Positions 30,770 through 42,451 are shown, numbered from the stretch's first letter. The stretch: DNA of 64,000 bases from an uncultured candidate division Zixibacteria bacterium (GCA_963702205.1 OY969724.1:3584001-3648000), one strand, 5' to 3'. A program made the numbers and translations. Notes: generated by a model from the letters alone, not told the origin.

Positions 30770-31883
30770 TAATGAGAGGAAAAAGGTCGGGAATATAACC
30801 GGCACTGTAATTCACCTCTATAAAAATCAATCCATTTATGAAGTCAACTTCCCTCATTTTTGTGTTCATAGACCAGATGGTAGAGACAGCGATTTATACA
30901 AGTTCCCGGTAAAAGAACGAGGCGATAAAGAGCATCCCAGCATTAACGTATATTTTAGTTTGACACTAATTAGTACGCACACTGATAATAAAACAAACGA
31001 AACAGAAAGCCAGAACGAGATTAACATTGTTGCAGGCAGAGCTGTATTTAAGGCGCTTGGAGGGGATCCAAATTCGATATTTATTAATACGAGTAATTAT
31101 AGTGAGTATCTATATAACCATACCATTGACTATAAGCCATTAAGAAAAAAAATCCTAGATTACATTGATGATCGCTATGAGCGATTATTCGACAAGCAAT
31201 TTTTGGTTTATGAGATAGTAATCGCACTAACTTACGATTATAAAGAGATTTTGTCTCAAATTAAATATTTAATTCAAGAAAAAGTTCTATCGATGAATAT
31301 TCGAATGGATGAGTTGTACAGATATCATGATTATGAATTTGTAAGATTTGAATTTACTAAAGGGGAAAAATTCGAGGATTATAAAACTTCTTTCAATAAA
31401 AAACTAAATAACAAACGAAGTTCTGTTATTAATTTTAATGATAAATACCCTTACTTAAATATAGACAGATGTAATGAGGAATTTCAGGAAGCCTTAAATC
31501 TAGTTGAAAGTAATCCCGACAAGGCGCTAAGGATAGCCTGCAGCTACCTGGAAAGCATTGCAAAGCATATACTAGATTATTTTCATAAGCCTTATCCTGA
31601 AAACATGGACGTTCAATCTCTTGTGAATGAATGTATCAAGTATCTGAGATTATCAAATGATTCAAAATCGAAAAGTGAATTAGTAAGAATTAATCGAAGT
31701 ATTCTTAATATTGCATCTGGTATTGGAACAATTAGAACGCATTTTAGCGATGTCCATGGAAAAGGCATGGCTGAAGATGAATTAGGAGTAAGGCACGCTC
31801 GTTATATAGTGGCACTATCGCGTTCGCTATCTATTTTTCTAATTGAAACACTGGCCGAAAATTTGCAAGAAAAGAATCCATAA
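30762..31883 (+). CDS. Abortive-infection C-terminal (Abi_C/HEPN-like) domain protein
   Basis: Very AT-rich. C-terminal [13 protein letters not shown]...[15 protein letters not shown]...RHARYIV pattern. Confidence 0.7.
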
Positions 31884-31885
31884 AT

Positions 31886-32554
31886 ATGTACCACACTGTA
31901 TTTTTTGACGCCGGCGGGACGCTGGTTACCGGGGAATCATCGCTCAAAGTCATTGCCCGCGAAATCGATCCCTCGCGCGAAGAAGCAATTTTTCGCTACC
32001 TGGTCGACGAATTCATGAAAATCTATCTCGACCCCTCTCCCCCGCGCTTTTATTCGATCAAAGAACTGCTGGCTTTAACCGCCCGCATGGCGGCCGGATA
32101 TTTCAGGGCGACCGATGTCAGCGACCGCGCGGTAGAGCTGTATCGAAGCAATCACCTTAAAAACGATTATCTCTACGAAGATACCATCCCGACCCTGAAC
32201 AAATTAAAGTCGAATGACGTAAAGATAATATTGATTAGCGACGCCGACGCCGACGTGCTGCTGGAGCAGTTGGAAATGTTCGATATACTGAAATATTTTT
32301 CGGCGACGATCATTTCCAATCAGGTGAGGGCGTACAAACCGTCGGATAAGACGGTGGCCGAAGCATTGAAGCACTGCCGGGAGCCGATGGAAGGTATTCT
32401 TTTTGTTGGCGATACAATTGTCGATATGCAAACGGCGGCCAAAATGAAAGTGACATCCTCTTTGATAAACCGTAAGGGTAAATTCAAGCACGATGCCGAT
32501 TACCATATCGGCGACCTGTCCGAAATATTCCATCTTCAGGAAGAAGACGATTAA
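31886..32554 (+). CDS. HAD-family hydrolase
   Basis: FFDAGGTL, KP and FVGD...D. Confidence 0.88.
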   Translation: MYHTVFFDAGGTLVTGESSLKVIAREIDPSREEAIFRYLVDEFMKIYLDPSPPRFYSIKELLALTARMAAGYFRATDVSDRAVELYRSNHLKNDYLYEDTIPTLNKLKSNDVKIILISDADADVLLEQLEMFDILKYFSATIISNQVRAYKPSDKTVAEALKHCREPMEGILFVGDTIVDMQTAAKMKVTSSLINRKGKFKHDADYHIGDLSEIFHLQEEDD

Positions 32555-32575
32555 CTGCAAATATCAAGGAGCTAT

Positions 32576-34117
32576 ATGAAGGTAACGAAAACATTCTGCA
32601 CGGCGGGTCTTCTCGTTCTGCTGCTGGCGGCGATCGTGCCGGCCCAGAGCCAGCTCAGGATTCCAGTGCAGGAGTTCAAACTCGCCAACGGCCTGACGTT
32701 TCTGGTAGTGGAACGTCACACCGCCCCGGTTTTTTCCGGCTATATTACCGTCGGAGCGGGGTCGGCCGATGAGAAAATCGGCGACATCGGCACGGCGCAT
32801 CTTTTCGAACACATGATGTTCAAAGGATCGCAGTCGGTCGGGACGACCGATTACGAGGCCGAGAAGAAAATAATGGACAGCGAGGATTCGGTCTGGGCGA
32901 GAATCGACGCCGCCCGACAGCAGCTTCGCTACACCAAAATCGACAACCCGGAAAAAGTCCCGATGCAGGAGCAGTACATCAACGATCTCCAGACAATTCT
33001 CGATTCGCTGAGTGAAGCCAGTTCGAAATACGTTGTCCCGAACGAATTCGACGGCATCTACACACGCAACGGTGCGGCTGAATTCAACGCCGTAACCGGC
33101 TACGATTTCACGCGCTATTTCGTTTCGCTTCCGTCCAACCGGCTGGAACTGTGGTTCGCGCTGGAATCCGGGCGTCTGCTTCATCCGGTGCTTCGGGAAT
33201 TTTTCCCGGAACGCAACGTGGTCAGTGAAGAACGACGGCTGTCCGTGGAAAACAATGCCGACAGCAAGATGTTCGAGCAGTTGATTGGGACGGCTTTCAT
33301 CGCCCACCCATATCAGATTTTCTGGGAATGGCAATCCGAAGAAAACAATTTATCACGCAGCGACCTCGAGGAGTTTCATAAGACGTACTATACACCCGGC
33401 AATATCACCATCGCGGTCGTCGGTGACGTCAAGCTTGATGACGTCAAGAAACTCGCCGAGAAATATTTCGCTCCCATGCCCGAAGGTCCGAAGCCGGACC
33501 CGATCTATACCCGGGAGCCGGTGCAGCAGGGCGAACGCCGGGTCGAACAGGAGTTCGAGGCCAACCCGGCCGTGTTCATCTCCTATCATATGACGGCTTT
33601 CGACGATCCCGATGAACCGGTCTTCAGGGTTTTGCAGCGCTTGCTGGCCGACGGTCGGACGTCGCGGCTGTATAAGTCGCTCGTCATCGATCAACAGCTT
33701 TGCGTCGACGTCAGCATCGATATGTTTCCCGGCAATCAGCTCGGCGACGTATACCCGAGCGTTTTCAATATTTATGCCTATCCCAACGATGGCATCACGA
33801 CGGTGCAGGTGGAAGACGCCATATACAAGGAACTCGATAGTTTGGCGAACATTCCGGTTGATTCGCTGGAGCTTCAGAAAATCAAGAATAACATCGAAGC
33901 TGATTTCATCTGGTCATCATATTCCAATATCGGGCTGGCCGGATATATCGCCGGGGCCGATCGCCTGGCCGGCAACTGGAAATTTATCGAAACCATCCGC
34001 GATGATCTGAACAAGGTCAATGCCGATGATATCATGCGGGTGGCCAGGCAGTACTTTACGAAGGAAAACCGCACCGTCGCCACCCTGGTCCCCAAAAAGG
34101 AAGGGGGTGAAATGTGA
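32576..34117 (+). CDS. M16 zinc peptidase, catalytic subunit
   Basis: Signal peptide and HLFEH (HXXEH) motif. Confidence 0.92.
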   Translation: MKVTKTFCTAGLLVLLLAAIVPAQSQLRIPVQEFKLANGLTFLVVERHTAPVFSGYITVGAGSADEKIGDIGTAHLFEHMMFKGSQSVGTTDYEAEKKIMDSEDSVWARIDAARQQLRYTKIDNPEKVPMQEQYINDLQTILDSLSEASSKYVVPNEFDGIYTRNGAAEFNAVTGYDFTRYFVSLPSNRLELWFALESGRLLHPVLREFFPERNVVSEERRLSVENNADSKMFEQLIGTAFIAHPYQIFWEWQSEENNLSRSDLEEFHKTYYTPGNITIAVVGDVKLDDVKKLAEKYFAPMPEGPKPDPIYTREPVQQGERRVEQEFEANPAVFISYHMTAFDDPDEPVFRVLQRLLADGRTSRLYKSLVIDQQLCVDVSIDMFPGNQLGDVYPSVFNIYAYPNDGITTVQVEDAIYKELDSLANIPVDSLELQKIKNNIEADFIWSSYSNIGLAGYIAGADRLAGNWKFIETIRDDLNKVNADDIMRVARQYFTKENRTVATLVPKKEGGEM

Positions 34118-35517
34118 GAAAGCATGTACTTATCATCATTGGCCTGACGGTGCTATTGGCCGCTTCGGCTTTCGCCGTTAATCCCCGCGACATGAAATTC
34201 CCGCCGCTGGAATTCAAACCCGGCGAGCCGGCTCGTTTCGTGGTCGACAACGGCATGATCGTGTATTTCTTTGAGTATCATGAACTGCCCGTGGTCATGG
34301 CGACCGCCTATTTCCACGGCGGCGACGTCTATGATCCCGAGGACAAGATCGGGCTGGCGTCGGTGACCGCGGACCTGATGCGCTCGGGCGGCGCCGGAAA
34401 ACGCACCCCCGACCAGGTTGATTTCGACCTGGATTTCATGGCCGCGAGCATTTCCAGTTCGACCGACCCGGATTATTTGACCACCCGCTACCGGTCGCTC
34501 ATGAAAGACGTCGACAGCGGGCTCGGTATCTTCGCCGATATTTTAATGAAACCGACGTTCGACAGCTCCAAAATGGCTTTGGAAATATCCAACCGCAAAG
34601 AGCAGATTCGCAGACAGAATGACAATCCCGGAAACGTCACGCGGCGGGTGTTCTACCAGGAAGTGTACGCCGGGCATCCGTACAGTTATTACCCTTCGCT
34701 GAAGACGATTGGAAATATAACGGCTGAAGATATTAAGAACCAGTACAGCAAATTCTATACGCCCGACAACTGCATTATGGCTATCGCCGCCGATATGACT
34801 CCGGACGAAGCCGAAGCTCTCATCAATAAGTACTTCTCCGGCTGGAAAAAGGCCGGTAATACGATAGAACCGATCGCCAAAGCCGTCCCGAAATTCAAGC
34901 CGGGTGTGTACTACGCCGAGCGGGATATTAACCAGGCCCAATTGCGCCTCGGGCAGCTTTGTCTCGATTCGCACGACCCCGACCGTTTCGCGATGGAGGT
35001 GCTCAATTTCGCGATGGGCGGCGGCGGGTTCACCTCGCGCATCATGCAGGAGGTTCGGACCAACGCCGGGCTGGCGTACAGCGTCGGGACATACCTGTTT
35101 AATCGCCCCTTGACCGGGACGCTGTTTGCCTACTGTCAGACAAAGGCGGAAACGATGGCCCAGGCGCTGACCAGGATCATGGATATTATCAAAGAGGTCA
35201 AAAGCGACGGCATCACTGAAGATGAAATGAACATGGCGAAAGAATCGATCATCAATTCGTTCGTGTTCAACTACGACAAGCCGGATGAAATTGTCAACGC
35301 CGGGGCGCTGCAGGAACTCCAGGGCTTTCCGCCGGATCAGCTCGAAAAAGACCTTGCGGCGTACCGGGCGGTAACGATCGGGGACTGTGACCGCGTGGCA
35401 AAGCAGTACCTCGACCCCGACAATATGGTGATCGTGATTACCGGCAACGAGAAGATGTTTGACCAGCCGCCAGGCACTTTTGGACCGGTCACGCGCGTTT
35501 CGATGGAAATTAAATAG
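34114..35517 (+). CDS. M16 peptidase, non-catalytic partner subunit
   Basis: Signal peptide, GGGGFTSRIMQEVRTNAGLAYSV (R/Y pair), no HXXEH. Confidence 0.9.
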   Translation: MRKHVLIIIGLTVLLAASAFAVNPRDMKFPPLEFKPGEPARFVVDNGMIVYFFEYHELPVVMATAYFHGGDVYDPEDKIGLASVTADLMRSGGAGKRTPDQVDFDLDFMAASISSSTDPDYLTTRYRSLMKDVDSGLGIFADILMKPTFDSSKMALEISNRKEQIRRQNDNPGNVTRRVFYQEVYAGHPYSYYPSLKTIGNITAEDIKNQYSKFYTPDNCIMAIAADMTPDEAEALINKYFSGWKKAGNTIEPIAKAVPKFKPGVYYAERDINQAQLRLGQLCLDSHDPDRFAMEVLNFAMGGGGFTSRIMQEVRTNAGLAYSVGTYLFNRPLTGTLFAYCQTKAETMAQALTRIMDIIKEVKSDGITEDEMNMAKESIINSFVFNYDKPDEIVNAGALQELQGFPPDQLEKDLAAYRAVTIGDCDRVAKQYLDPDNMVIVITGNEKMFDQPPGTFGPVTRVSMEIK

Positions 35518-35586
35518 ATGGTGCAAAACCGAAATGGATGCCGCCGGAGACCGATCTTCGACGGCATCTTTCATAACGGGGAGACA

Positions 35587-36568
35587 ATGAATAAATTCGG
35601 CCTTTTGGCATTCGTACTATCGGCCCTGATCGCGACGTCTCTTTCGGCGCAGGACGTCGTTACATTCAATCTGGCACCGCAGTTAAGCGGGACGTTCGGA
35701 AAAACCGAATACGAAATGGATTTGCACTATGTCGACAGCCTGGGGACACCGGAGCGCACGCGAAGCCTGCTCGAATTCCCGTTGAACACCATCAATGCCG
35801 GTTTCAGTGTGATCATTAAAGGCGGTCGGGATAAGTTCGATACCGACTGGAAAGTCGAGGCGACCGTCCTGACGAATATTAAAGACCCGACGGGCACGAT
35901 GTACGACCACGACTGGTATTCTTCCAATAATGAACCGTTGACCAAATTCAGTTATACCGAATCGAATGCCAGGTTGAAGTCGCTGCTGATAGAAACTTCG
36001 GGAGCGAGAAGGATACATTCCGGGCCAATCGAGATTTATTTCCGGATTGGTTTCGATTATTATCATTACGATTACGAGATCATCGGTTTCACCGGCTGGC
36101 AGCTTGTCGGCGGCGTCCCGCATTATTTTACCAGTTCTCAAAGAGGCATTCTATATAAAATCAACTACTACTTCCCGCATGCGGCCGTGCAATTCGAACT
36201 CGGACACTACGGAGGAAATTGGCTGGGTACGCTTATGGCCGGGGCCGGAGCGGTCTTTTATTCGGACGAAGACGATCATCCGCTCCGGTTCAAGACCGCC
36301 GTCTCAAGCGGTACCGGTTACGGAGTCATGGGCGGATTGACAATCCGGGGCTATTTGGGAGGATCTGTACAACACCAAAAGACCGTACATCGAAGCCGCG
36401 AGCAACGTGCGCTATTATAACGCCTCCGGAAATCAAACGCAGACGTGGTACGGTGACGATCCGGCATCGGATGGTTTCGACGACACCGGTAATTCCATTA
36501 CGGGCCTGCCGCACGACGTCCGCGAGTTTACTTTCCGCATCGGTCTCAAACTGGGATTGACTTTCTAA
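35587..36568 (+). CDS. Omptin-family outer-membrane protease, apparent +1 frameshift near 36360
   Basis: Signal peptide MNKFGLL, MYDHDW and DEDDHPLR (omptin D-x-D and D-x-H dyads). The next frame continues YNTKRPYIEA...RIGLKLGLTF* with a terminal Phe. Confidence 0.7.
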
Positions 36569-36574
36569 ATTGAT

Positions 36575-37441
36575 ATGCCAATAACTGACGGCATAATAAG
36601 AGAGCGCGAAAAAGTCCGGCTCAAGGGCAATGCCTGCAAAATAGTCGAAAAACTGTACGATAAAAACTTATTCAGGACGACTATAGTCGAGAAAATAGCG
36701 TACCTGTCCGATGGCTTGCTCGTCAGGGGTTACATTGCTCGACCGTCGGTTGGCGGCCCATGCCCGGTCCTGATCTGGAACCGGGGCGGCTATGGCGACA
36801 AAGGTGCGCTCAGCGATCTTACGGCCTATCTCATTCTGGCCTCCACGGCCGCGTGGGGGTATGTCGTGCTGGCGTCGCAGTATCGCGGGAACCGTCAAAG
36901 CGAAGGGCTCGAAGACTGGGGCGGCGACGACCTGCACGACGCGCTGAATATGGCGCGTGTGGCCGAGAACGTCCCTGAATGTGACCCCACCCGTATGGCA
37001 ATCGAAGGCCCCAGCCGGGGCGGCATGGTGACATACCGGGCATTGGCGCAATATCACGATTTCAAATGCGCTATGGTTCATGCCGGAATCACCGATTTAA
37101 GACACATGATAATGACTAAACCGGATTTCGAACGAATAGTCGAGCGGCATTTGGGAAAGCTGTCCGAAGCCGAAAGAAACATTCGGTTGGACGAACTCTC
37201 CGCGACTCGTATAGCCAAAGATTTCCCAAAAAACTGCCCGATTCTGATCATGCACGGCGATAAAGACAAGACGGTCCCTATTGAACAGTCGGAATTACTT
37301 GTAAAGAAATTAGTTGAGTACGATATCCCTCATAAGTACATCAGGATAAAAGACGGAACGCACGTGGCCTTAAAAGACGGGTCTTATAAAGAAATAGACG
37401 AGTACCGCCGTGATTGGCTGGCCAAATATCTGACCGGATAA
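36575..37441 (+). CDS. S9 prolyl oligopeptidase-family alpha/beta hydrolase
   Basis: WNRGG, GPSRGG nucleophile elbow, HGDKD and terminal His (GTH). Confidence 0.88.
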   Translation: MPITDGIIREREKVRLKGNACKIVEKLYDKNLFRTTIVEKIAYLSDGLLVRGYIARPSVGGPCPVLIWNRGGYGDKGALSDLTAYLILASTAAWGYVVLASQYRGNRQSEGLEDWGGDDLHDALNMARVAENVPECDPTRMAIEGPSRGGMVTYRALAQYHDFKCAMVHAGITDLRHMIMTKPDFERIVERHLGKLSEAERNIRLDELSATRIAKDFPKNCPILIMHGDKDKTVPIEQSELLVKKLVEYDIPHKYIRIKDGTHVALKDGSYKEIDEYRRDWLAKYLTG

Positions 37442-37445
37442 AATA

Positions 37446-38450
37446 TCAGGCCTTGGCGTCTCCCCTTTTAAACCACGCTTCGAGCACTCTTTTCTCTTTA
37501 TCCGGGTCGAGCCCGGCTTTGGGCTTATAATCGGCCGGGAGAGTCCGGGCCCATTCGTATGTATCCCTGACCGTTTCCACCATCGTACGGAACTTAAGAC
37601 CCGTTTTTAGTGCCTTTGAAATATCAGCGTCCAGCATCCCCGCGCTTTTTTCTTCGGCAATCCAGAGCGGCAGCTCGGTCCACGGCGCGACGTCGTGGTC
37701 GAGCAGAAATTGCCCGTCAACCCAGTACGTTTCCGAGCGGGCCCCGGTAACAGTGCGGCAAACCCCGATTAATTTTTTCATGGTCAGGGTATAATCCGGA
37801 CCGGTCGCGTTGTAGGCACCTTTGGCGTTGTTTTCGACCATGCTTATCGTCCACTCGGACAGATCACGCACGTCGATACACTGCAATTCCCGGTCCTCCG
37901 GCTTCGGCACCAATATGTCTCCGCCTTCGGCACAGCGGGTGACCCAGTACGTGAACCGGTCGGAAAAGTCGTGCGGTCCGACAATCAGGCCCGGACGAAT
38001 AATCAAGGCTCTATCGGGGAAAGCTCCCTGGATATTGTTTTCGCAGATGACCTTGTACGGCCCGTACGTTTCCCCCGTAATTTCTTCTTTACTGGTATCG
38101 TCGATGGTTGCAAGCGGCGCCTTTTCATTGAAGCCCGGTCGGCTCAAGTCTTTATAGACCGAAATCGATGAAATAAATGTGTAATGTCCGGTCCGGTCCT
38201 TGAAGAAATCGGCCGATTGCTGCACTATCCTCGGAAAATAGCCGCAGGTGTCGATCACGGCATCCCAGCGCCGCTCGCCGAGAATGCCGAGACCGCCGTC
38301 GCGGTCGCCGTGAAATGTCTCGATATCGCTGAACAGTTCCGGGTTGCTTTGGCCACGATTGAACAGCGCCAGGCTGTGTCCATGTTTTTGTGCGGCTTCA
38401 ACAAGATAGCGACCCAGAAAACGGGTGCCACCTACGATTAGAATTTTCAA
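37446..38450 (-). CDS. NAD-dependent epimerase/dehydratase (atypical SDR)
   Basis: GGTRFLG, YGPYK and RPGLIVGP. Confidence 0.88.
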   Translation of the reverse strand: MKILIVGGTRFLGRYLVEAAQKHGHSLALFNRGQSNPELFSDIETFHGDRDGGLGILGERRWDAVIDTCGYFPRIVQQSADFFKDRTGHYTFISSISVYKDLSRPGFNEKAPLATIDDTSKEEITGETYGPYKVICENNIQGAFPDRALIIRPGLIVGPHDFSDRFTYWVTRCAEGGDILVPKPEDRELQCIDVRDLSEWTISMVENNAKGAYNATGPDYTLTMKKLIGVCRTVTGARSETYWVDGQFLLDHDVAPWTELPLWIAEEKSAGMLDADISKALKTGLKFRTMVETVRDTYEWARTLPADYKPKAGLDPDKEKRVLEAWFKRGDAKA

Positions 38451-38508
38451 AGCGTTTCCCTCTTTTTATTTTAAGGATATTACGAGCCCCGCGACGAATT
38501 GTTCACCG

Positions 38509-40062
38509 CTAATATTCCGCAGACTCGACCAGCCAGAATGCCTCGTGGAGAAAATCGATCAGGTCGCCCGCGATCAAAGACCGGTATCCCAGTTCGGCCG
38601 CGGCCAAATCGCCGGACAGACCGTGCAAGTACACGGCGCAAACGGCGCTATCGACCGGCGACAATCCCTGCGCCAGAAATGACCCGACTATCCCGGACAG
38701 GACGTCGCCCGTCCCGCCGGTCGCCATGCCGTTGTTGCCTGTTGGGTTCAAGTACAACTGCCCACCCGGTTCGACTATGACTGTCGGCGAACCTTTGAAG
38801 ATTATAACCGCGTTGTACTCACGGGAGTATTTTCTTACGAGATCGTACAGTTGTGGCAAGGCCTCCGGTATGTCTGCATCTATCAAGCGCCGGAACTCAC
38901 CCGGATGCGGCGTCAGAACCAACTCAGGATGAGCAGACTTGAGCGGCTCGCGATTTTTGGCAAAAGCGTTTAATCCATCGGCGTCGAGTATGGCCGGTTT
39001 GTCCAGTTTTTCGAGCAGACGGTGCATCAGCATCACCGTGTCGCGATGACTGCCCAGCCCCGGTCCAATCACGGCGGCATCGGTCTTATCCAGCCATTTC
39101 CTGATTTCGCCCAAGCCGCGAAGCGCCAGGCAGCCCTTTTGGCCGACGTCGGGCAGAGGGAATGTCATGGCCTCGGTTAGTTTGACTTCGAGGATTGGAT
39201 TAAGGCTTTTCGGGCAACCAACCGTCACCAAGCCTGTCCCGGCTCGCGCCGCCGCCGTGGCCGACAGCGTCGCCGCCCCGGTCAGACCGGTCGATCCGGC
39301 CAGCACGAACAGCTTGCCGAAGTCGCCTTTGTGTCCGTCGGGTTTTCTTGCCGGAAGTCTCTCCGCTACCATTTCGGGCGTGATCAGGTTTTCCGCGAAA
39401 TTGAAGCTGTCGATGACGTCATCGGGCACGCCGATAGGTACAACTTCGACGATTCCGGCTTTTTCCCGTCCGGGCGAATAGTACAACCCAATCTTGGGCA
39501 GCGCCAGTGTATACGTAAAATCGGCATTGGTAACCGAACCTTCGTACTGTCCGGTATCGACGTTGATCCCCGACGGGCAATCTATGGCGACCAGCGGGAT
39601 ATCGTACAAATTGATATGATCGATAAAATCTGCCAGAAGACCTCCTGGGGCGCCGGCAAAACCGGTTCCGAATATAGCGTCTATGACAAGATCGCACGAC
39701 AACTCTTTCGGAAGTTCCTCGGCCTCGATTATTTCTATAATTTTAATGCCCTTTTGAAAGGCGCGGTCATAGTTCAGTCTGGCATCGTGAGATAGTTTGT
39801 CCACCGGACCGGGGAAATAAATCGAAACCTTGGATCCGTACTCGTGCAGATACCGGCCGACCACGAATCCGTCGCCGCCGTTGTTACCTTTGCCGCAGAA
39901 GATGATCACTTTTTTTCCGTCCGGTTCGACGAGGACGTCGTCGCGGATACGTTCGGCTATTCCCCGCCCGGCGTTTTCCATAAGTTCCGGCCCGGGAATA
40001 CCGCGATTTTCGATAGCTTCGCGATCCACCGCCCGCATTTGTTCGGCGGTCACCAGTTTCAT
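38509..40062 (-). CDS. nnr: Bifunctional NAD(P)H-hydrate epimerase/dehydratase
   Basis: LMENAG, GNNGGDG, DAIFGTG, TPHPGEF and GGTGDVLSG. Confidence 0.94.
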   Translation of the reverse strand: MKLVTAEQMRAVDREAIENRGIPGPELMENAGRGIAERIRDDVLVEPDGKKVIIFCGKGNNGGDGFVVGRYLHEYGSKVSIYFPGPVDKLSHDARLNYDRAFQKGIKIIEIIEAEELPKELSCDLVIDAIFGTGFAGAPGGLLADFIDHINLYDIPLVAIDCPSGINVDTGQYEGSVTNADFTYTLALPKIGLYYSPGREKAGIVEVVPIGVPDDVIDSFNFAENLITPEMVAERLPARKPDGHKGDFGKLFVLAGSTGLTGAATLSATAAARAGTGLVTVGCPKSLNPILEVKLTEAMTFPLPDVGQKGCLALRGLGEIRKWLDKTDAAVIGPGLGSHRDTVMLMHRLLEKLDKPAILDADGLNAFAKNREPLKSAHPELVLTPHPGEFRRLIDADIPEALPQLYDLVRKYSREYNAVIIFKGSPTVIVEPGGQLYLNPTGNNGMATGGTGDVLSGIVGSFLAQGLSPVDSAVCAVYLHGLSGDLAAAELGYRSLIAGDLIDFLHEAFWLVESAEY

Positions 40063-42425
40063 TTTTTGCGACCTTTCGAGGACTGGCCGTTTTTGCCGTC
40101 GAGCGCAATTTTCAGGACCTGCGCGACATTATCTATGAACTTGAACGTCATACCTTTTTTAATTTCCGGCGGGATGTCGAGCATATCCTTCTGGTTTTCG
40201 CGCGGGAGTACAATCAGCTTGACTCCGGCGCGGTACGCGGCCAGCAATTTTTCTTTGAGCCCGCCAATCGGCAGCACTTCGCCGCGCAGCGTGATTTCCC
40301 CGGTCATGGCTATGAGCGGACGAACCGGCCTGCCGGATAACAGCGACGCCAGTGCGGTCGCCATGGTGATGCCCGCCGAGGGCCCATCCTTGGGCGTCGC
40401 TCCCGACGGTACATGTATGTGTATTTCGTGCTTGTCGCAGAACTCGGGATCGATTCCCAGATCGTTGCAGTTGGTGCGCACGTACAACAGCGCCGCCATC
40501 GCCGATTCCTTCATGACGTCGCCGAGGTGACCGGTAAGAGTCAATTTGGGCTTTCCGCGCATGGCGGTCGCCTCGATGTACAAGATTTGCCCGCCGTAGG
40601 CCGTCCAGGCCAGCCCGGCTACGACACCAACCTGCCCGGTACGTTCCAGGAGTTCGTCGGAGAACCGTTCCGGCCCGAGGTATTTATCGATATTTTTATC
40701 GCTGATAACGAATTTCGTTTTCGACCCCGCCGCGACTTTGCGCGCCACCTTACGAATCACTGCCGCGATTTCCCGTTCCAGATTGCGGACACCCGATTCA
40801 CGGGTGTAACCGCGAATAATTCTCGTTATGGCCGAATCGCTCAGTTCCAGATTGCTTTTCTTGATGCCGTGATTGTCGAACTGCTTGCCGATCAGATGGC
40901 GTTTGGCGATCTGCAGTTTTTCCAGGTCGGTATAGCCGGGGATGCGGACGATTTCCATACGGTCCAGCAGGACCGGCGGAATCGGGTCGAGCAGGTTGGC
41001 CGTGGTGATAAACATCACTTTCGACAAATCGAACGGCACTTCGAGGTAGTGATCGGAAAACGTATTGTTTTGTTCGGGGTCGAGCACTTCCAGCAGGGCG
41101 CTGGATGGATCACCCCGAAAATCGCTGCCGATTTTGTCGACCTCGTCGAGCATGATAATAGGGTTGTTCGAGCCGGTGCGCTTGATGCTCTGGATGATGC
41201 GGCCGGGCAGGGCGCCGATGTAGGTCCGACGGTGGCCGCGGATTTCGGCTTCATCGCGCATGCCTCCCAGGGCGATACGCTCGAACTTACGGCCCATGGC
41301 ACGGGCGATGGATCGTCCCAGTGAAGTCTTCCCTACTCCGGGAGGCCCGACAAAACAGAGGATCGGGCCTTTGACGTCGCTTTTCAGCTTACGCACGGCC
41401 AGGTATTCCAGAATACGGTCTTTTACTTTTTCAAGGTCGTAATGGTCTTCGTCGAGGACCTTCTTGGCCTTTTTGATGTTCAGCCTGTCTTCGGTGGATT
41501 TATTCCACGGCAGGTTGACCAACCAGTCGAGATAACTGCGCGAGACGGTATATTCGGCCGACGCCGGATTCATGCGGGAGAGGCGGTCAAGTTCCTTTTT
41601 GGCGGCGGTTTCGGCCGCTTCGGACATGCCGGCTTCCTCGATAAGTTTGCCGAATTCATCGATTTCAGCGCGGTCGTCTTTTTCGCCCAGCTCCTTTTTG
41701 ATGACTTTCAACTGCTCTTTTAAGATATACTCACGCTGCAGCTTACCCAGTTCCGATTGAGCTTCGCTCTGAATTTTTTTGGAAAGTTCCAACACTTCGA
41801 TTTCTTTGATAATCAATGCAAGCAGTTTTTCCATGCGCTTGAAGACGTCGGCCTCTTCGAGAATTTCCTGTTTTTCCTGTAAAGCGATATTCAGACTCGA
41901 CGCCACCAGGTCGGCCATCTTGGACGGAGTTTCCTGATTGATCGCAGATACATACAGCTCTTCAGATAGGTTGGGAGCCAGGTCGATAACGGCTTTGAGC
42001 CGTTCCAATAAATTTCTCTGCACCGCTTCCATCTTGACATCACCGGCGGTCGATTCGTGCATCTCTTCGACTTCGGCGGTGATGTAAGGTTTATCCTGAA
42101 GAAATCTTTTTATTCGGATTCTTTTCAAACCCTGCACCAGAAAGCGCGTGGAACCGTCGGGGAAACGAAGCATCTTGAGGATATTTCCGGACGTCCCGAT
42201 ACGATACAAATCGGCTTTGCCCGGGTCCTTGTTGTCCTGGTCCATCTGCCCGAACAGCCCGATCGTATTGCCGCGCATAAGCGCTTCATCGATCAATTTC
42301 GCCTGTTTCTGCTCATTGACCATGAGCGGGACAATCAGCGACGGAAACACGGTCGTGCCGCGCACCGGGAGTACCGGCAATATTATGGCGCTCGTTTTGC
42401 TTGCTTTTTGGGCTGTTTTATTCAC
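40059..42425 (-). CDS. lon: ATP-dependent protease La
   Basis: GPPGVGKT, HRRTYIGALPG, PKDGPSAG and GGLKEK. Confidence 0.97.
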   Translation of the reverse strand: MNKTAQKASKTSAIILPVLPVRGTTVFPSLIVPLMVNEQKQAKLIDEALMRGNTIGLFGQMDQDNKDPGKADLYRIGTSGNILKMLRFPDGSTRFLVQGLKRIRIKRFLQDKPYITAEVEEMHESTAGDVKMEAVQRNLLERLKAVIDLAPNLSEELYVSAINQETPSKMADLVASSLNIALQEKQEILEEADVFKRMEKLLALIIKEIEVLELSKKIQSEAQSELGKLQREYILKEQLKVIKKELGEKDDRAEIDEFGKLIEEAGMSEAAETAAKKELDRLSRMNPASAEYTVSRSYLDWLVNLPWNKSTEDRLNIKKAKKVLDEDHYDLEKVKDRILEYLAVRKLKSDVKGPILCFVGPPGVGKTSLGRSIARAMGRKFERIALGGMRDEAEIRGHRRTYIGALPGRIIQSIKRTGSNNPIIMLDEVDKIGSDFRGDPSSALLEVLDPEQNNTFSDHYLEVPFDLSKVMFITTANLLDPIPPVLLDRMEIVRIPGYTDLEKLQIAKRHLIGKQFDNHGIKKSNLELSDSAITRIIRGYTRESGVRNLEREIAAVIRKVARKVAAGSKTKFVISDKNIDKYLGPERFSDELLERTGQVGVVAGLAWTAYGGQILYIEATAMRGKPKLTLTGHLGDVMKESAMAALLYVRTNCNDLGIDPEFCDKHEIHIHVPSGATPKDGPSAGITMATALASLLSGRPVRPLIAMTGEITLRGEVLPIGGLKEKLLAAYRAGVKLIVLPRENQKDMLDIPPEIKKGMTFKFIDNVAQVLKIALDGKNGQSSKGRKK

Positions 42426-42451
42426 TGTATTTCCCTGTATAATTTTCGGTG

